Source: Octopus sinensis (taxonomy: Eukaryota). From it: a stretch of DNA of 64,000 nucleotides. A model generated the notes under the pieces. The model was not told the origin of the DNA and searched no databases. It saw only the letters and a list, made by a program, of their open reading frames with translations. Below are positions 62,611 to 64,000 of this stretch, piece by piece (position 1 is the first letter of the stretch; the number at the start of each line of letters is the position of its first letter). Position numbers and translations under genes: made by a program. The stretch is taken from contig NC_043006.1 in NCBI RefSeq assembly GCF_006345805.1, forward strand, positions 21,886,001 to 21,950,000, read 5' to 3'.

Positions 62611-63078
62611 GTAGAATACTTAGGCTGAATATAGCCAGTTTGAATGCTAAAGGGCTAAACAACCAACATCTGATGCCAATTCCGGACTGAGCAATAAATC
62701 CATTTCTAGACATGTATTATAATAATAATAATAATAATAATAAAATTATTGTATACAGTGCTCAGGTGCACCACAACTTGTCAAAAGTGCATATAAAGCA
62801 TATGCAGTAATGTACAAATGTCTGGAAAGTGAACAGTGTATGAGTCAGATACAAGCTTGCATGTGTATGGAGGGAAGAAAATCAGGTGTAGTGTTGGCGA
62901 ATCTCAGTACTGAAGAAACGAGAAGGACAGGTTGAAGAATTAATCTCATTGCAATTAATATTGAACTGAAAATAAAATAAATATACAAAAAAAAAAATGT
63001 AACAAAACTTTTGTTTCAGAACAAAATTTTACACAGATCTCTGAACAATTAGTTCTTTCAATTTTTATTTATAGAGTT

Positions 63079-63465
63079 CTAGCAGTATCGCCCGGCGTTG
63101 CTCGGGTTTGTAAGGGAAATAACTATATAAGCATTTTTAGAGAGTTATAGCCAAAAAATAGCAAAAGAATGCATTAAAAATGGGAAAAAAATGATGGTAA
63201 ATTTTTTTTTAAATCGTTGACTCATTGTAGACATTTTTAGAGAGTTACTTCCCTTATATAATAGCGAAAGAAATGCATTAAAATGGAAAAAAATGATGGT
63301 AATTTTTTTTTAAATCGTAGACACACGCTAATACCCAGAAGGGCTCGATATGAATCACGACTATAAGATACCCGGTTTTGGTTAAACTGCACCGCAAAAT
63401 GTGGGAGTAGTTAGGAATCTAAATTGTAGGAGACAGACACACAACTTCTCTTTTATATATAAAGA
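63079..63465 (-). mobile_element. Non-autonomous Helitron (family H1)
   Basis: Reverse complement of 11173-11525 with intact cccgagcaacgccggg hairpin and CTAG. Confidence 0.85.
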
Positions 63466-63790
63466 TGTCTTCAACAAATCACCCCAAAATAATTTCTGTA
63501 TGTATATATTTAACAACATGGGTTTTAAATGGAAATCATTTTCTGAAAATTTCACATCAATTGGATTTTACACCTGTGTTTTTCCCAGTCGTGGTTAATT
63601 AAATTGTTTCTGAATGAAACAAATGACAGTGTGTATTTGTGAATAACAAGACAGAGATTTAAGGAGTGTTGGAATTGTATTCATCTGTCAAGTGCTTTGA
63701 TCTGAGACTGAGATTGTAGTATAGAAGATACATTTTGGTTAACTTCATTTACTCATATGGTGTCAAAATTTTGGCAGAATTCTGCTTTAA

Positions 63791-63962
63791 CCCCTTACCC
63801 GGCAGAAACGAATATATGCGTTTTGACCGAAATCGTTTTTTTCTATCTCTGGCGAGTTAACTCGTCAAAAGATAGACTCGCCAAAATCATAGTAAAATAA
63901 AACAATTAAAAAATATGTCTGAAAAAATACATTTATTTTCAAAATAATTGTTGGGTAAGGGG
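63791..63962. mobile_element. Third piggyBac-type MITE family (172 bp)
   Basis: TTAA|CCCCTTACCC...GGGTAAGGGG|TTAA. Confidence 0.8.
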
Positions 63963-64000
63963 TTAAGCACCCCATATAACTCCTCGTAAATTTAAAAAAT

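Overview
AT-rich, repeat-saturated eukaryotic DNA. It is inferred to be octopus or another coleoid cephalopod from the SINE repertoire and the KRAB-less poly-C2H2 gene; this was not database-checked. One clear protein-coding ORF is present: a 445-aa C2H2 zinc-finger gene (minus strand, 55841-57178) with 12 intact and 2 degenerate fingers, followed by a decaying tandem array of its own last finger plus tail. A second, split gene on the minus strand is suggested by frame-compatible small exons at 38152-38223, 33320-33386 and an 8-nt microexon at 28476-28483. The rest is mostly mobile DNA: several tRNA- or RTE-derived SINE families, RTE, CR1 and Tx1 LINE remnants, hAT and piggyBac MITEs, non-autonomous Helitrons, and a Penelope-like element. 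That element has a GIY-YIG ORF end, a pseudo-LTR with five fixed-spacing CCAAT/CRE modules, and a U3-A8 hammerhead candidate. Other highlights are a tRNA-headed element carrying a Penelope-type minimal hammerhead (51343-51575), several long hairpins including a perfect 151-bp palindrome, and a 103-bp TTAA-to-TTAA duplication around a piggyBac MITE. Almost all other ORFs in the track are microsatellite or SINE artefacts. Family letters (A-I) are my own labels, and repeat boundaries are approximate unless TSDs or TIRs are quoted.
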